Source: Vicinamibacterales bacterium (lineage in GTDB: Bacteria; Acidobacteriota; Vicinamibacteria; Vicinamibacterales; 2-12-FULL-66-21). From it: a stretch of 64,000 nt of DNA. The first letter of the stretch is position 1. Every line of letters begins with the position of its first letter. The notes below the pieces were generated by a model, which made no database searches, was not told the origin of the DNA, and was given only the letters and a program-made list of their open reading frames with translations. Positions 26,470-36,996 of the stretch are shown here, piece after piece. Where the stretch lies: positions 2,071 through 66,070 of the forward strand of contig DATJKH010000140.1 in the NCBI GenBank assembly GCA_035491715.1, read 5' to 3'. Both the position numbers and the translations under genes were made by a program.

Positions 26470-28056
26470 TTATTCCCATTCAATCGTCGACGGCGGCTTG
26501 GAACTGATGTCGTAAACGACGCGATTGATGCCTTTGACTTCGTTGACGATCCGCGACGAGATGGTCGCCAGCAGTTCGTGCGGCAGACGTGCCCAGTCGG
26601 CGGTCATGCCGTCGCGGCTCTCCACCGCGCGGAGCGCGATCGTGTACTCGTACGTCCGCGCGTCCCCCATGACACCGACGCTCTGTACCGGCAGCAGCAC
26701 CGCGAACGATTGCCACAGCCGGCGATACCACCCGGCACGTTTCACTTCTTCCGCGACGATGTGATCGGCGCGGCGAATCAACTGGAGTCGCGCCGGCGTA
26801 ACCTCGCCGAGGATGCGGACGGCGAGTCCGGGTCCGGGGAACGGTTGCCGCCACACGAACTCGTCGTCGAGACCGAGTTCCTTTCCGACCAGCCGCACTT
26901 CGTCCTTGAAGAGAAGCCGAAGGGGTTCGACCAGTTTGAAGCGCATGCGCTCGGGCAGGCCGCCCACGTTGTGATGGCTCTTGATCACGTGCGACGGGCC
27001 GATGACCGACACGCTCTCGATCACGTCCGGATACAGTGTCCCCTGCCCGAGAAAATCGAACGACCCGAGTTTCTGCGCTTCCGCCTCGAAAACGTCGATG
27101 AATGCCGCCCCGATGATCTTGCGCTTCTGCTCTGGATCGGTCACTGCCGCCAGTCGCTCGAGAAACAGGGTCGATGCGTCGGCGAAGACGAGCGGCAGAT
27201 TGAGCCGTTCGAAACGCCGTCGGATCTGTCCCGCTTCATCCTCGCGCATGACGCCGTTGTCGACGAAGATGCACGTCAGGTGATCGCCGATCGCGCGATG
27301 AATCAGCAGCGCGGCGACCGTGGAATCGACGCCGCCGCTCAGGCCGCAGACGACGCGCCCCTGGCCAACCTGTCGCCGAATTCGTTCCGTCGCCTCCTCG
27401 ACAAATGACGACATCGTCCAATCGCCGGTGCAACCGCAAACGTCGTAGGCGAAGTTGCGAAGAATGTCGATTCCATGATCGGTGTGCGCCACTTCCGGAT
27501 GAAACAGCAGCGCATACAGGCGCCGGTCCTCGGCGACCATTGCCGCGACCGGCGCATTCGCGCTGGTCGCGATCACCTGGAAACCGGGTGGGGCCGCCTT
27601 GACGAAATCGCCGTGGCTGGCCCACACACGCAGATTGGCTGGAATCGATCCGAACAGCGGCGCGCCGGGTTGGATATCGATGGTCGCCAACCCGAACTCG
27701 CGATGAGGCGCCGGCGCAACCTCGCCGCCGAGCGCGTGGGTCATCAACTGCATGCCGTAGCAGATGCCCAGCACCGGCACGCCTGCGTCGTAGACACCGG
27801 TTTCACAATGTGGCGCGCCCGCCTCCGAAACACTCTTCGGGCCGCCGGATAACACGATACCGACGGGATTGCGTCGTCTGATCTCGTCGAGCGGCGTGTT
27901 GAACGGAAGAATCTCTGAATAGATCGAGAGTTCACGCAGCCGCCGCGCGATCAATTGCGTGAACTGCGATCCGAAATCGAGAACGACGATGGTCTGGTGA
28001 GTCACTGGGCGTGCCGAGTGGTGACCGAACGACGAAACAATTTCATTCGCGATCAT
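26470..28056 (-). CDS. guaA: GMP synthase (glutamine-hydrolysing)
   Basis: 528 aa. GATase [11 protein letters not shown]-PPase SGGVDSTV, C-terminal KPPSTIEWE. Confidence 0.95.
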   Translation of the reverse strand: MIANEIVSSFGHHSARPVTHQTIVVLDFGSQFTQLIARRLRELSIYSEILPFNTPLDEIRRRNPVGIVLSGGPKSVSEAGAPHCETGVYDAGVPVLGICYGMQLMTHALGGEVAPAPHREFGLATIDIQPGAPLFGSIPANLRVWASHGDFVKAAPPGFQVIATSANAPVAAMVAEDRRLYALLFHPEVAHTDHGIDILRNFAYDVCGCTGDWTMSSFVEEATERIRRQVGQGRVVCGLSGGVDSTVAALLIHRAIGDHLTCIFVDNGVMREDEAGQIRRRFERLNLPLVFADASTLFLERLAAVTDPEQKRKIIGAAFIDVFEAEAQKLGSFDFLGQGTLYPDVIESVSVIGPSHVIKSHHNVGGLPERMRFKLVEPLRLLFKDEVRLVGKELGLDDEFVWRQPFPGPGLAVRILGEVTPARLQLIRRADHIVAEEVKRAGWYRRLWQSFAVLLPVQSVGVMGDARTYEYTIALRAVESRDGMTADWARLPHELLATISSRIVNEVKGINRVVYDISSKPPSTIEWE

Positions 28057-28123
28057 CGAGAGGCCCGACCGTCGAATGAAGCAGCGCAGGAGTCAAGGGG
28101 TGTCAGGCACACTATTATAAGAC

Positions 28124-29197
28124 GTGCACCCGCTTCGCACCACACTTCTTCTCCTCCTCTCGCAGATCGTCGGCACCACGCCGCCTGCGCCGCATTCTCT
28201 CCCAACGGCGATTCGTTGGGCGGTAGAAATTTCTGCCAGCCCGGCCGCATCGCCGGTCATCGATGGCGATCAGATATTCATTGTTCTGCAGTCGGGTGTC
28301 GTGTCCGCGCGCAAAGTCAGCGATGGAACGCCGGCATGGGACGTGTCCCTGACATCTGAGCGACCGGTCGCGGTAGACGGCGGCCACGTGTATGTCGCGA
28401 CGTCCGATCAAATCGTCGCGCTGAACGTCGCCGACGGCGTCAAGGCGTGGAGTGTTCCGACACCAGCCGTCACGGTGCCACTGGTTGCGCAAGGCGGTTG
28501 GGTGATTGCGACAACCGGGAACGGAGTGACCGCCTTTCGCTCGGCTGATGGCAGTCGAGTGTGGACGCGCGATCTCGTCGGTGCGCAGACGACGCCGACA
28601 ATCGAAGGGGATAACCTCTACGTGCCGCTCCAGAGCGGACAACTCCTGGCGCTCGATCTGCGAACCGGGGCCGATCGCTGGTCGAAGAACTTCGTTGGAC
28701 CCTTGAGCGAGGTGCTCGCGTTTCCCGCCGAGATTTTTTTCGGAACAGACGACAAGTGGTTCTTCTGCCTGCGCGCGGCAGACGGCGAGCGCGTGTGGCA
28801 ACGCGTGCGGCTCGGGTCGATTGTCAGAGGCCGCCCCATCGGCGACGCGAATCACATTTACGTCGCCTCGATGGACAACACGCTGCGCGCATTCCGCCGC
28901 ACGAATGGGGCGCTACTGTGGCATCCCAGCGTGCCGTTCCGTCCGACGACCGGCCCAGTGTTGATCGACGCGGCAGTCGTCATTGCCGGCAACGCCCCCG
29001 AGCTCCGGGCGTTCGACGCCTTCAACGGCCGTCCCGCAGGTGAAATCAAACTCGAGGCGTCGCTGGTCATGCCGCCGACATTCGGCAAATCTGGCGACGG
29101 GATGCTGATGTCGGGTTTTACCGGTACGCTCAACGGCCAGTGGAAGCTCGTGCTGGCCGGTCCGCCGGTTCCCGCTCCTGCAGCTCCTCGCGAATAG
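28124..29197 (+). CDS. PQQ-like beta-propeller repeat protein (BamB-like)
   Basis: 357 aa. Signal peptide and repeated 'v.a....dG...W' blades (ALNVADGVKAWS, AFRSADGSRVWT, ALDLRTGADRWS, CLRAADGERVWQ, AFRRTNGALLWH). Confidence 0.7.
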   Translation: MHPLRTTLLLLLSQIVGTTPPAPHSLPTAIRWAVEISASPAASPVIDGDQIFIVLQSGVVSARKVSDGTPAWDVSLTSERPVAVDGGHVYVATSDQIVALNVADGVKAWSVPTPAVTVPLVAQGGWVIATTGNGVTAFRSADGSRVWTRDLVGAQTTPTIEGDNLYVPLQSGQLLALDLRTGADRWSKNFVGPLSEVLAFPAEIFFGTDDKWFFCLRAADGERVWQRVRLGSIVRGRPIGDANHIYVASMDNTLRAFRRTNGALLWHPSVPFRPTTGPVLIDAAVVIAGNAPELRAFDAFNGRPAGEIKLEASLVMPPTFGKSGDGMLMSGFTGTLNGQWKLVLAGPPVPAPAAPRE

Positions 29198-30395
29198 CTT
29201 CCGCGAGCCGACCAACGCCCTCGCGGATCTGGTCGTGGGACGGCGCGGAAAAGGACAATCGAATCTGACTGGTGCCGCCGTCGTTCACGAAGAACGCGCT
29301 GCCGGCGACGTAGACGACGCCGTGCTTCACTGCCCGCTCGAGCAGACGATCCGCGTTCAGTTCGCGCGGCAATGTCGCCCACAGGAAGAAGCCGCCGCGC
29401 GGATCCGCCCATGTGAGGGCGGTGTCTGACTCCTTCCGGAACGCTGCCACCATCACATCGCGCTTCTCGGCGTAGTGCCGGCGAAGCAGCGGCACCTGCC
29501 GATCGAGAATTCCCCGTCGTCCGCATTCGTGAACGATACGTTGATCGAAGACGCCGGTGCAGAGATCGCCGGCCTGCTTGGCCATCTCGAGCTTCACCGC
29601 AATCGGCGCCGGCGCGTCGACCCAGGCAACCCGAAAGCCAGGCGCGAGTGTCTTCGAGAAACTGCTGAGGTAGATGACCCGCCCTTCCCGATCGTCTGCT
29701 TTGATCGGGCGAACATCCGTTGCGCTGGCGGAGTCTTCAAAGTACAGCTCGCGGTAGGGGTCGTCTTCCACGATGAGGACGTTGCGCAACGCGGCCCACT
29801 CCAGCAGCTGCCGCCGTTTGGCGAGGCTCATCAACATGCCGGTGGGATTCTGAAAATTCGGCACGACATAAACAAATCGCACGCGCCGATTGTTTTTGAG
29901 CACACGTTGATAGGTCGCGTCGAGCGCGGCGAGATCAATCCCATCCTGCTCCTGCGGAACTCCCTCCATCGTCGCGCGGACATTGCGAAACGCGGTGATG
30001 GCTCCGGTGTAGGCCGGCAGTTCGACGAGTGCGACGTCGCCCGGATCGAGGAGCACGCGCGCGACAAGATCGAGGCCCTGCTGCGATCCCGTCGTGATGA
30101 GCAGCCGGTTCATCTCGGTAGGAGCATCCCGCTGCGCCATGATCGCGCTGATCATTTCGAGCAAGGGACGGAATCCGCGAGTCGCGCCGTACTGGAGCGC
30201 GTTCGGATGCGAACCTGACAGGAGTTCGCGCGCGATGTCCGAGAACTCGGACCACGGGAATGTTTCGGGAGCAGGATACCCGGGCGCAAAGGAAATCAGG
30301 TCCCGGTTCTGCGCGAGGATGGTGCCCATGCGCCGGATCGCCGATTCCTGCATTCCCGACGCCGCCTGAGAGAGAAAGTCGTCGTAGTTGATCAT
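29130..30395 (-). CDS. PLP-dependent aminotransferase (class I/II fold)
   Basis: ORF 29130..30839 trimmed to ATG 30395 (MINYDDFLSQAASGMQESAIRRM...). Has FAPGYP and the Schiff-base context SFSKTLAPGFRV. Its ATGA overlaps the upstream gene's stop. Confidence 0.85.
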   Translation of the reverse strand: MINYDDFLSQAASGMQESAIRRMGTILAQNRDLISFAPGYPAPETFPWSEFSDIARELLSGSHPNALQYGATRGFRPLLEMISAIMAQRDAPTEMNRLLITTGSQQGLDLVARVLLDPGDVALVELPAYTGAITAFRNVRATMEGVPQEQDGIDLAALDATYQRVLKNNRRVRFVYVVPNFQNPTGMLMSLAKRRQLLEWAALRNVLIVEDDPYRELYFEDSASATDVRPIKADDREGRVIYLSSFSKTLAPGFRVAWVDAPAPIAVKLEMAKQAGDLCTGVFDQRIVHECGRRGILDRQVPLLRRHYAEKRDVMVAAFRKESDTALTWADPRGGFFLWATLPRELNADRLLERAVKHGVVYVAGSAFFVNDGGTSQIRLSFSAPSHDQIREGVGRLAEAIREELQEREPADRPARASTGR

Positions 30396-31411
30396 GCGAG
30401 ACGTGGTCCCGTGACATCGCTTGCCGGCTCGGGCACGTGAACGGTCACGAGGCTGTGCTGGTAATACCGATACTGGGTCAGATAGGCGCCGAGCGCAGTC
30501 AGTCCGAGAAACTCGAAGACGACGCCGCGTAACAGCCACGCGCCAAGCTGCAATGGCACCATGGCCAGGCCGACGAACGGCACGACCGCGATCAGGCCTA
30601 GACCCGCGGTAGCGAGGATTGATGCGCCCGTCATGATGGCAACGAGCAGGAGCACGACGCCGAAGATTCCTGCGACCTCGCGAATGCTCGCGCGGATGAA
30701 CTGCGCAACTTTGCGAGTTCCCTCGCGCACGCCGACGTTCTCCACCGCGATGGCCATCTGCGTCAGGAGATAGAAGAAGTTGACGAGCGTGATCCACATG
30801 ACCAGCGCGCTGAGCGCCGGAATCGCGGCGACCGTCCATCCGAGGAATACTCCGAAGTTATCGGACAGCCCATATCCCCCGGCGAGAAACCCGAGACAGG
30901 CGGCAGCCGTCAGACCGTAGACCACCAGGAGGCACAGTCCGAGCTTGACGTAGCGACGTCCTAACTTTCGACAGCCGTCGAGAAACGGTTCGATGTTCGT
31001 GAGGTTTGCGCGGCGAAGCGCCGCCAGGCGAAGCGGCGGGCGCTCGATCGGTCCTGCCTGCGACTCGGCGGCGGCAAGAATCGACACGGTTCCCGCTTTG
31101 ATGATGAAGGTCAGCACCGACGCCCCGAGAAGCACGACGAGGAAGGCCGCGGCAAACAACCCGAGCGCCACTGGATTGGCGCGAAGGGCCGCGATCACGT
31201 GGGGGATGGTTCCCTTCACGTCGTTGCCCATCACGTCTTCCACATTCGCTCCGAGGAGCAGTACCACCATCGCCACTCCGCCGACGACCGGCACCGCCAG
31301 CAGAAGCTGCTGCGTGCCTTCGGCAATGAACTGCACGGCAATGAGTGGCCAGTTGGCGGCGGCGATAAAGGCGCCGCGCTTGAGTGACGCCTTCAGGGCG
31401 GGAGGTTGCAT
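30392..31411 (-). CDS. Polytopic membrane protein of unknown function
   Basis: 339 aa with about 6-8 hydrophobic helices. No family recognised. Translationally coupled to the aminotransferase. Confidence 0.6.
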   Translation of the reverse strand: MQPPALKASLKRGAFIAAANWPLIAVQFIAEGTQQLLLAVPVVGGVAMVVLLLGANVEDVMGNDVKGTIPHVIAALRANPVALGLFAAAFLVVLLGASVLTFIIKAGTVSILAAAESQAGPIERPPLRLAALRRANLTNIEPFLDGCRKLGRRYVKLGLCLLVVYGLTAAACLGFLAGGYGLSDNFGVFLGWTVAAIPALSALVMWITLVNFFYLLTQMAIAVENVGVREGTRKVAQFIRASIREVAGIFGVVLLLVAIMTGASILATAGLGLIAVVPFVGLAMVPLQLGAWLLRGVVFEFLGLTALGAYLTQYRYYQHSLVTVHVPEPASDVTGPRLA

Positions 31412-31423
31412 CGAACTAATTGA

Positions 31424-34400
31424 TTGTACCCTTTGCGGTATTCTGCTGCTTCAGTGTCCTCATCGCTAAAGCCGAGTCTCCGCGAGCGGCGGATTAGCGC
31501 GAAACGCCTGCTCCTGGGGGGCTTGGCAATCGCGCTCATGGCGGCGATTTCCGGCGCGGCGGCCGAGGTCTGGCGGTTTGGCCTCACTCGAGCCGCGACT
31601 CAGGCACGAGTCGAAGAGCGGGTCCGGCGCGATTTCGATCGCACAACCACGGCGCTCTCGCGCGTCGCGCTCAGCGTCGCGATGGACTCCGGCGCCGCTC
31701 GCACGCTGTCTGGCGGACCCGACGCGGCCCGCGACCTCTTCAATCTACTCGACCGTCACGTGCCAGAAGGTGACGCCGTGCCCGATGCGATTGCGGTCAC
31801 GATTTACGATCGCGGGGGCGTTGCCCTGGCGTGGGTTGGCCGTCCATCCGATGTTGGCGTGTCGTCGCGGCTGATGGGGCCGTCGGCGTTCTACGTCGCG
31901 CGAACCCCTCTGGGACTCCGGCTCTTCCATGTTTTGCCGATCGTCGAAGCCGATCAGCGCCGCCAGGGCTCGGTCGTCGCGGAGCACGCCCTTTCGCCGG
32001 CCCCAGCAACGGCGACGATTACGTCGGGCGGAGACGTCCTCGAAACGCCGGTTGGACCGGCGTCGTTGAGAACGCGGGTGGAAGGCGCCGGCGATCGGCC
32101 GCGCGACAACGCATTCCTGCTTCGGTCGCCTGGCGGCGAGACGCTCGTGGAGGTGTCGCTCCAGCCCGATACGCTCGACAACGCCCGGCGTACCTGGAGG
32201 CGCCACGTTGCCGCGGTGCTTCTATGGATCGTCGGGGTCACGATCCTGCTGTTGATCGGTCCGGCGCTCGATCGGCGTGCACAAGCCACGCTCGCGCGAG
32301 ACTTCCTCCTGTACACGGCAGTGAGCCTTCTCTTTCTGGCTGCGGGCTCAGCCCTGTTCGGCATCGCACTGGCCATTGAACTCGGCCGTCGTCCCCCACC
32401 GAGTGCCATTGTCCTTGCGACGGGCGCGACAACGGCTGCCGCCATTGCGCTGCTGGCTGGGCCAGTGGTTCGACTGCGCCTCGCGCTGCGTGCGCGACGG
32501 CGAAACGTCGACGACGGCACCGTGGGCTTTCTGAGTCGTCAGCTTCTGGCCGGGACCGCAGTAGCGGCGGTTCTGCTGGCTTTTGAACTGCTTCTGCCGC
32601 GCGTTGGCGATCCGGTGACCGCGGATCTGCGGCGGTTCTCGTTTTACCCGTGGAGTGCGAAGCGGCTGGCGATGCTCACGGGAGTCCTCGCATGCCATGC
32701 GGCGGCCCTGTGGACGTGCACGCTCATTCTGAGCGCGGCACTGGCGCAATGGCGGCTGAGCCCGACGGCACGAGGGCGGATTCAAACACTTCTTTTGTGG
32801 GTCGGACCCTCAGTCGCAATCGGAATCATCGCGCCGCTGCGCGGATGGTCGCTGCCGTCGATCGCGCTGATCCTGTCCGCCTTCACGTGCGCGATCGCGG
32901 CGCTCATGGCGTCACGCGTCGTGGTCTGGTATCGCCATACGACGGTTGCCGCGCGAATCCTCGCGCTGTTTGTCGCCTTCCTCTTGCCCGCGTTGCTGTT
33001 GTATCCGTCCGTCGACGACTACGCCGAACGGGCGATGCGAGTGCTCGTCGAGTCGCGATATGCCACCCAGGCGCAGCAGTATCCGCAGCTTTTGCAGGAG
33101 AGACTCAGCGAAGCCCGCGCTGAAATCGACGCGCTCGAATCGCTTCCCGTGCTGGTGACCGAGCAGCCGATCGAGCCCAAGCCGTGCGAGCGCACCCAGC
33201 CGGCCTATTTGGTGTGGAGTCGAACCGCTCTCGCGCGCGCGCGCCTGACTTCTGCGGTCGAACTCTACGATGCCGCCGGCGAGTGCGTCAGCCGATTCGG
33301 GCTCGATCTACCGGAATATTCCGGAACCGCTCAGGCGCCGCAAATCGAGGGCAAGCCATGCCAGTGGGACGTCTTCGGTGAGGCAGCTCCCTTCGGCGCC
33401 TCCGAGCGGCGGCTGCTGCATGCGGCACGGCAGATCTGCACGACGGCCTCCGCCGATGAACCGCGGCGCGTCGTTGGCACAATCGTCGTTCACGTGTTGG
33501 TGTTCGACTACCGCACACTTCCCTTCATCACGTCGCAGAATCCCTACTTCGAAGTGTTTCGACCAGCCGACGCGGGCACGCGGCTCGACGACGCGGCCGG
33601 CAGCGAGGTCGAGGTCGCGATTTACGGGTGGGGCCTGGGTGCGGCGTACAACTCTCCGCACGCGGCATGGTCGATCGACGACGACCTGTTTGCACGGATT
33701 TACGATCCGGCACGGCGGCCGTTCTGGACGACGGTCGAAACCAACGGCGACCGCTATCGCGTGTTCTTTTCAAACGATCGGGTCTTCATTTACGCGATCG
33801 GCTACCGCACGTTGACGCTCTTCGATCACCTGGTCCACCTCGCGGAGTTGACGACGCTGGCCGGCGTCTTCTATGTCCTGGTCCTCGTCGCCACTGCGTT
33901 CTTCACGCGCCTGGCCCGTGCGCGTCCTCGCCTCGGCCGCGCGCTGCTTCGTGAGATTCGATCGAGTTTCTATCGCAAGCTGTTCCTCGCCTTCGTGCTC
34001 GCGGCGATCATCCCGGTCCTGATTCTCTCAGTCGCGATTCGTTGGTACTTCGCGAACCTTCTCACCGCCGGCGTCGCACTCGAGGCGGCGCGCACGGCTG
34101 CCGTCGCCCAACGTGTCATCGAGCAATCGAACGCGCTGACGCAGCGGACGGAAGGGCTGGCACCGGCGAGCGATGACGTCATGATCTGGATCAGCCAGGT
34201 CATCGATCAGGACGTCAACATTTTTGAGGGCGCGCAACTCGTGGCGACGAGCAAGCGCGATCTGTTCGCGTCCGGCCTTCTCGCGACGCGCACGCCCGAT
34301 GCGGTGTACCGCGCCATCGCGCTGCAACGGCTCCCCAGCTTCGTTGGCGAAGATCGCATCGGCACGGTTCCGTACACAATCGCTGCCGCACCGGTGCATG

Positions 34401-35395
34401 CCGGCGGCAAGAAAGTCATTCTGACTGTGCCGCTCGCGACACGGCAGCGTGACATCGATCGCGAGATCGATGATCTCGATCGCGGTGTTCACCTGGCGGC
34501 GCTGCTGTTCGTGCTCCTGGGAGCGGCGATTGGGCTCTCGATGGCGGAGCGCATTGGCGATCCTATCCGGCGGCTCACGCGGGCAACGCGGCGCATCGCG
34601 CGCGGCGACTTTGATGCGCAGATCGCCGTACGTTCGTCAGACGAGCTGCGTCGCCTGGTCGATGCCTTCAACAGCATGGCTGCCGAGCTCAAGGCCCAGC
34701 GGGTGCAGCTCGAACGCACCCATCGTCTCGAGGCATGGGCGGAGATGGCGCGACAGGTCGCGCACGAAATCAAGAACCCGCTGACCCCCATTCAGCTCTC
34801 GGCGGAGCATCTGCGTCGAGTCCATACCGATCGCGGCGAGCCGATGGGTGAGGTGCTCGAAGGGTGTGTCAATTCGATCCTCGGCCAGGTGAAACTGCTC
34901 CGCCAGATTTCAGCCGAGTTTTCCAGCTTTGCCTCGTCACCCACGGCGCGACCGGCAGCGGTCGATGTTCCGGAGCTCGTCACCGACGTCATCGATCCGT
35001 ACCGCACCGGCCTGAGCGGCCGGATCGACATTGTCAATAACGTCGCCGGGCCGCTGCCGCGCGTGTTCGTCGATCGCACGCTCACGGCGCGGAGTCTCGC
35101 GAACATTGTGGAGAATGCTCTGCATGCGATGCCCAGCAAAGGCCGACTGACGATCGACGCGTCGGCCGATCATCAGTTCGTCCTGCTTCGCATCCATGAC
35201 AGTGGCGTCGGGATGGACGAAGAATCGCTGGCGCGCGTCTTCGAGCCCTACTTCTCCACCAAGACCACCGGCACGGGCCTTGGCCTGCCAATCGCGCGGC
35301 GGAACATCGAACTGAATGGTGGAACGATCGAAGTGGAGAGCGGCAAGGGACGCGGCACAACCGTCATCGTGCGTTTGCCGATTGTTGCTGCTTGA
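31424..35395 (+). CDS. Very large multi-TM sensor histidine kinase (NtrY-like HAMP-HisKA-HATPase C-terminus)
   Basis: 1323 aa. HAMP (PIRRLTRATRRIARGDFD), H-box VAHEIKNPLTPIQLSAE, N/G boxes (NALHAM, DSGVGM, GTGLGL). Start uncertain: TTG 31424, GTG 31454 or ATG 31538. Confidence 0.85.
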   Translation: MYPLRYSAASVSSSLKPSLRERRISAKRLLLGGLAIALMAAISGAAAEVWRFGLTRAATQARVEERVRRDFDRTTTALSRVALSVAMDSGAARTLSGGPDAARDLFNLLDRHVPEGDAVPDAIAVTIYDRGGVALAWVGRPSDVGVSSRLMGPSAFYVARTPLGLRLFHVLPIVEADQRRQGSVVAEHALSPAPATATITSGGDVLETPVGPASLRTRVEGAGDRPRDNAFLLRSPGGETLVEVSLQPDTLDNARRTWRRHVAAVLLWIVGVTILLLIGPALDRRAQATLARDFLLYTAVSLLFLAAGSALFGIALAIELGRRPPPSAIVLATGATTAAAIALLAGPVVRLRLALRARRRNVDDGTVGFLSRQLLAGTAVAAVLLAFELLLPRVGDPVTADLRRFSFYPWSAKRLAMLTGVLACHAAALWTCTLILSAALAQWRLSPTARGRIQTLLLWVGPSVAIGIIAPLRGWSLPSIALILSAFTCAIAALMASRVVVWYRHTTVAARILALFVAFLLPALLLYPSVDDYAERAMRVLVESRYATQAQQYPQLLQERLSEARAEIDALESLPVLVTEQPIEPKPCERTQPAYLVWSRTALARARLTSAVELYDAAGECVSRFGLDLPEYSGTAQAPQIEGKPCQWDVFGEAAPFGASERRLLHAARQICTTASADEPRRVVGTIVVHVLVFDYRTLPFITSQNPYFEVFRPADAGTRLDDAAGSEVEVAIYGWGLGAAYNSPHAAWSIDDDLFARIYDPARRPFWTTVETNGDRYRVFFSNDRVFIYAIGYRTLTLFDHLVHLAELTTLAGVFYVLVLVATAFFTRLARARPRLGRALLREIRSSFYRKLFLAFVLAAIIPVLILSVAIRWYFANLLTAGVALEAARTAAVAQRVIEQSNALTQRTEGLAPASDDVMIWISQVIDQDVNIFEGAQLVATSKRDLFASGLLATRTPDAVYRAIALQRLPSFVGEDRIGTVPYTIAAAPVHAGGKKVILTVPLATRQRDIDREIDDLDRGVHLAALLFVLLGAAIGLSMAERIGDPIRRLTRATRRIARGDFDAQIAVRSSDELRRLVDAFNSMAAELKAQRVQLERTHRLEAWAEMARQVAHEIKNPLTPIQLSAEHLRRVHTDRGEPMGEVLEGCVNSILGQVKLLRQISAEFSSFASSPTARPAAVDVPELVTDVIDPYRTGLSGRIDIVNNVAGPLPRVFVDRTLTARSLANIVENALHAMPSKGRLTIDASADHQFVLLRIHDSGVGMDEESLARVFEPYFSTKTTGTGLGLPIARRNIELNGGTIEVESGKGRGTTVIVRLPIVAA

Positions 35396-35423
35396 ACAAC
35401 CCTCACAGTCACGGAGGACGTAG

Positions 35424-36245
35424 TCAAATAGGATTCCCGCCTGAATCGGGAACTGGATGGTCTTCTGGCGCCTGCCCCGCAGGTCTTCGGCGCAGCTTCG
35501 TATATCCCCACACGACGAGCGCAGCGGTGGTGTAGGTATACGAGAGGACGACGAGCGCGATACGCGGATGCGTCGCGATTAACGCCAGGGCGACGGCGCC
35601 GAGGAATAGCGAGAAGTAGGATCGCGTGTGACCAACGTCGATCGCTTTGACGCTGCGGAAGCGAATCGTGCTGACCATCAGGAACGCCGGCACGAGTACC
35701 ATCGCGAGCGCCGGGAATGCGGCTTCCCGTTCTTGCAGCCCGTAGGGATAGAGATACACCGTCGACGCAATCACCGATGCCGCAGCCGGACTCGGCATGC
35801 CGACGAAATACCGTTTGTCGGTTGACGCGGTGGTGGTCGTCGTCTGCACGTTGAAACGTGCGAGCCGCATTGCCGCAGCCGTCACATAAAGAAACCCGGC
35901 CGCCCATCCCAGCCGTTCGAGCGGCCACAGCCCCCACGTGAATGCCAGGATCGCCGGCCCAAGGCCGAACGAGACGACGTCGGCGAGAGAGTCGAGTTCG
36001 ACGCCAAATGCCGACGATGAATTGGTCAGGCGTGCGAAGAAGCCGTCAAGGGTATCGAGCACCATCGCGAAACCAATGAACAGCGCCGCGGTGTCGAAAT
36101 CGGATCGCGTCGAGTACACGATGCACGCGTAACCGCAGAACAGGTTCGCGACCGTAAAGAGCGACGGCAGCAGGAAAACGCCACGACGGAAACGGTTCGG
36201 CCGATCCTCGCGGCGACGCCGGGGGAGCGAACGGTTATCGAGCAC
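35424..36245 (-). CDS. pssA: CDP-diacylglycerol--serine O-phosphatidyltransferase
   Basis: 273 aa. CDP-alcohol phosphatidyltransferase motif DTLDGFFARLTNSSSAFGVELDSLADVV. Confidence 0.88.
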   Translation of the reverse strand: MLDNRSLPRRRREDRPNRFRRGVFLLPSLFTVANLFCGYACIVYSTRSDFDTAALFIGFAMVLDTLDGFFARLTNSSSAFGVELDSLADVVSFGLGPAILAFTWGLWPLERLGWAAGFLYVTAAAMRLARFNVQTTTTTASTDKRYFVGMPSPAAASVIASTVYLYPYGLQEREAAFPALAMVLVPAFLMVSTIRFRSVKAIDVGHTRSYFSLFLGAVALALIATHPRIALVVLSYTYTTAALVVWGYTKLRRRPAGQAPEDHPVPDSGGNPI

Positions 36246-36873
36246 TGGATTGCCTCAGCGTTGCCAGGACCGTCTCGCCGCCGACGACCTGGTCCCCAAC
36301 GCGAACCTGCAGGACTGCATCGTCTGGCATGAACACGTCCATCCGTGATCCAAATCGCATGAGCCCGACGCGTTCTCCTCGTTCAAGGGTCTGCCCTTCA
36401 TGAACGCGGCAGACGATCCGGCGCGCGAGAATCCCAACCACCTGACGGAAGACAAGCGGCCGGCCGTGATAATCGACCCAGACCTCGTTCAGCTCGTTGT
36501 CGTTGGATCGTTGGTCGTACGCAGGCAGGAATCTGCCCGGGCGGTAATCGACTCGCGTGATCCGGCCGGCGACCGGTGAACGATTGATGTGCACGTCCAA
36601 CGGCGAGAGAAAGATCGTCACCTGTTTCCAGGCGCCGGGTGGTGACCAGCGGCCGTCGCTCGGACCGGCGATCATCACGCGTCCATCGGCAGGCGACACG
36701 ACGGCGTCGGGATCCTGTGGGACGACGCGCTCCGGATCGCGGAAGAAATACGCCATGAACCCGCCGAGCGCCGCAAAGGGGGCCGCCAGCGCGTAGCGTC
36801 GCACGGCGACCAGAAATGCGGCCGGGACGAGGGCGGCGGCGATAAACGGAAATCCCGCGCGATCGATTCTCAT
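36235..36873 (-). CDS. psd: Phosphatidylserine decarboxylase (short Asd-type proenzyme)
   Basis: 212 aa. Self-cleavage context MRFGSRMDV. Overlaps pssA. Confidence 0.85.
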   Translation of the reverse strand: MRIDRAGFPFIAAALVPAAFLVAVRRYALAAPFAALGGFMAYFFRDPERVVPQDPDAVVSPADGRVMIAGPSDGRWSPPGAWKQVTIFLSPLDVHINRSPVAGRITRVDYRPGRFLPAYDQRSNDNELNEVWVDYHGRPLVFRQVVGILARRIVCRVHEGQTLERGERVGLMRFGSRMDVFMPDDAVLQVRVGDQVVGGETVLATLRQSSAR

Positions 36874-36996
36874 TGAATGTGATGATGCCCGGAAGCGGGC
36901 GGAAAGTCACGAGGGCCAGGAATCGGTCAGCGCAGCTGAACCGGTTGCTGGCCCTTCGGTGAAAAAGGAGCCGAAACTGTGGTCAGGCGGCGCGTC

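Noticed and set aside
24753-26507. 584-aa plus-strand ORF, the longest unexplained ORF in the track
   Set aside because: It lies entirely antisense to dnaE and guaA. The product is Arg/Val/Asp-rich low-complexity sequence with no motifs, which is the typical shadow frame of a high-GC gene.
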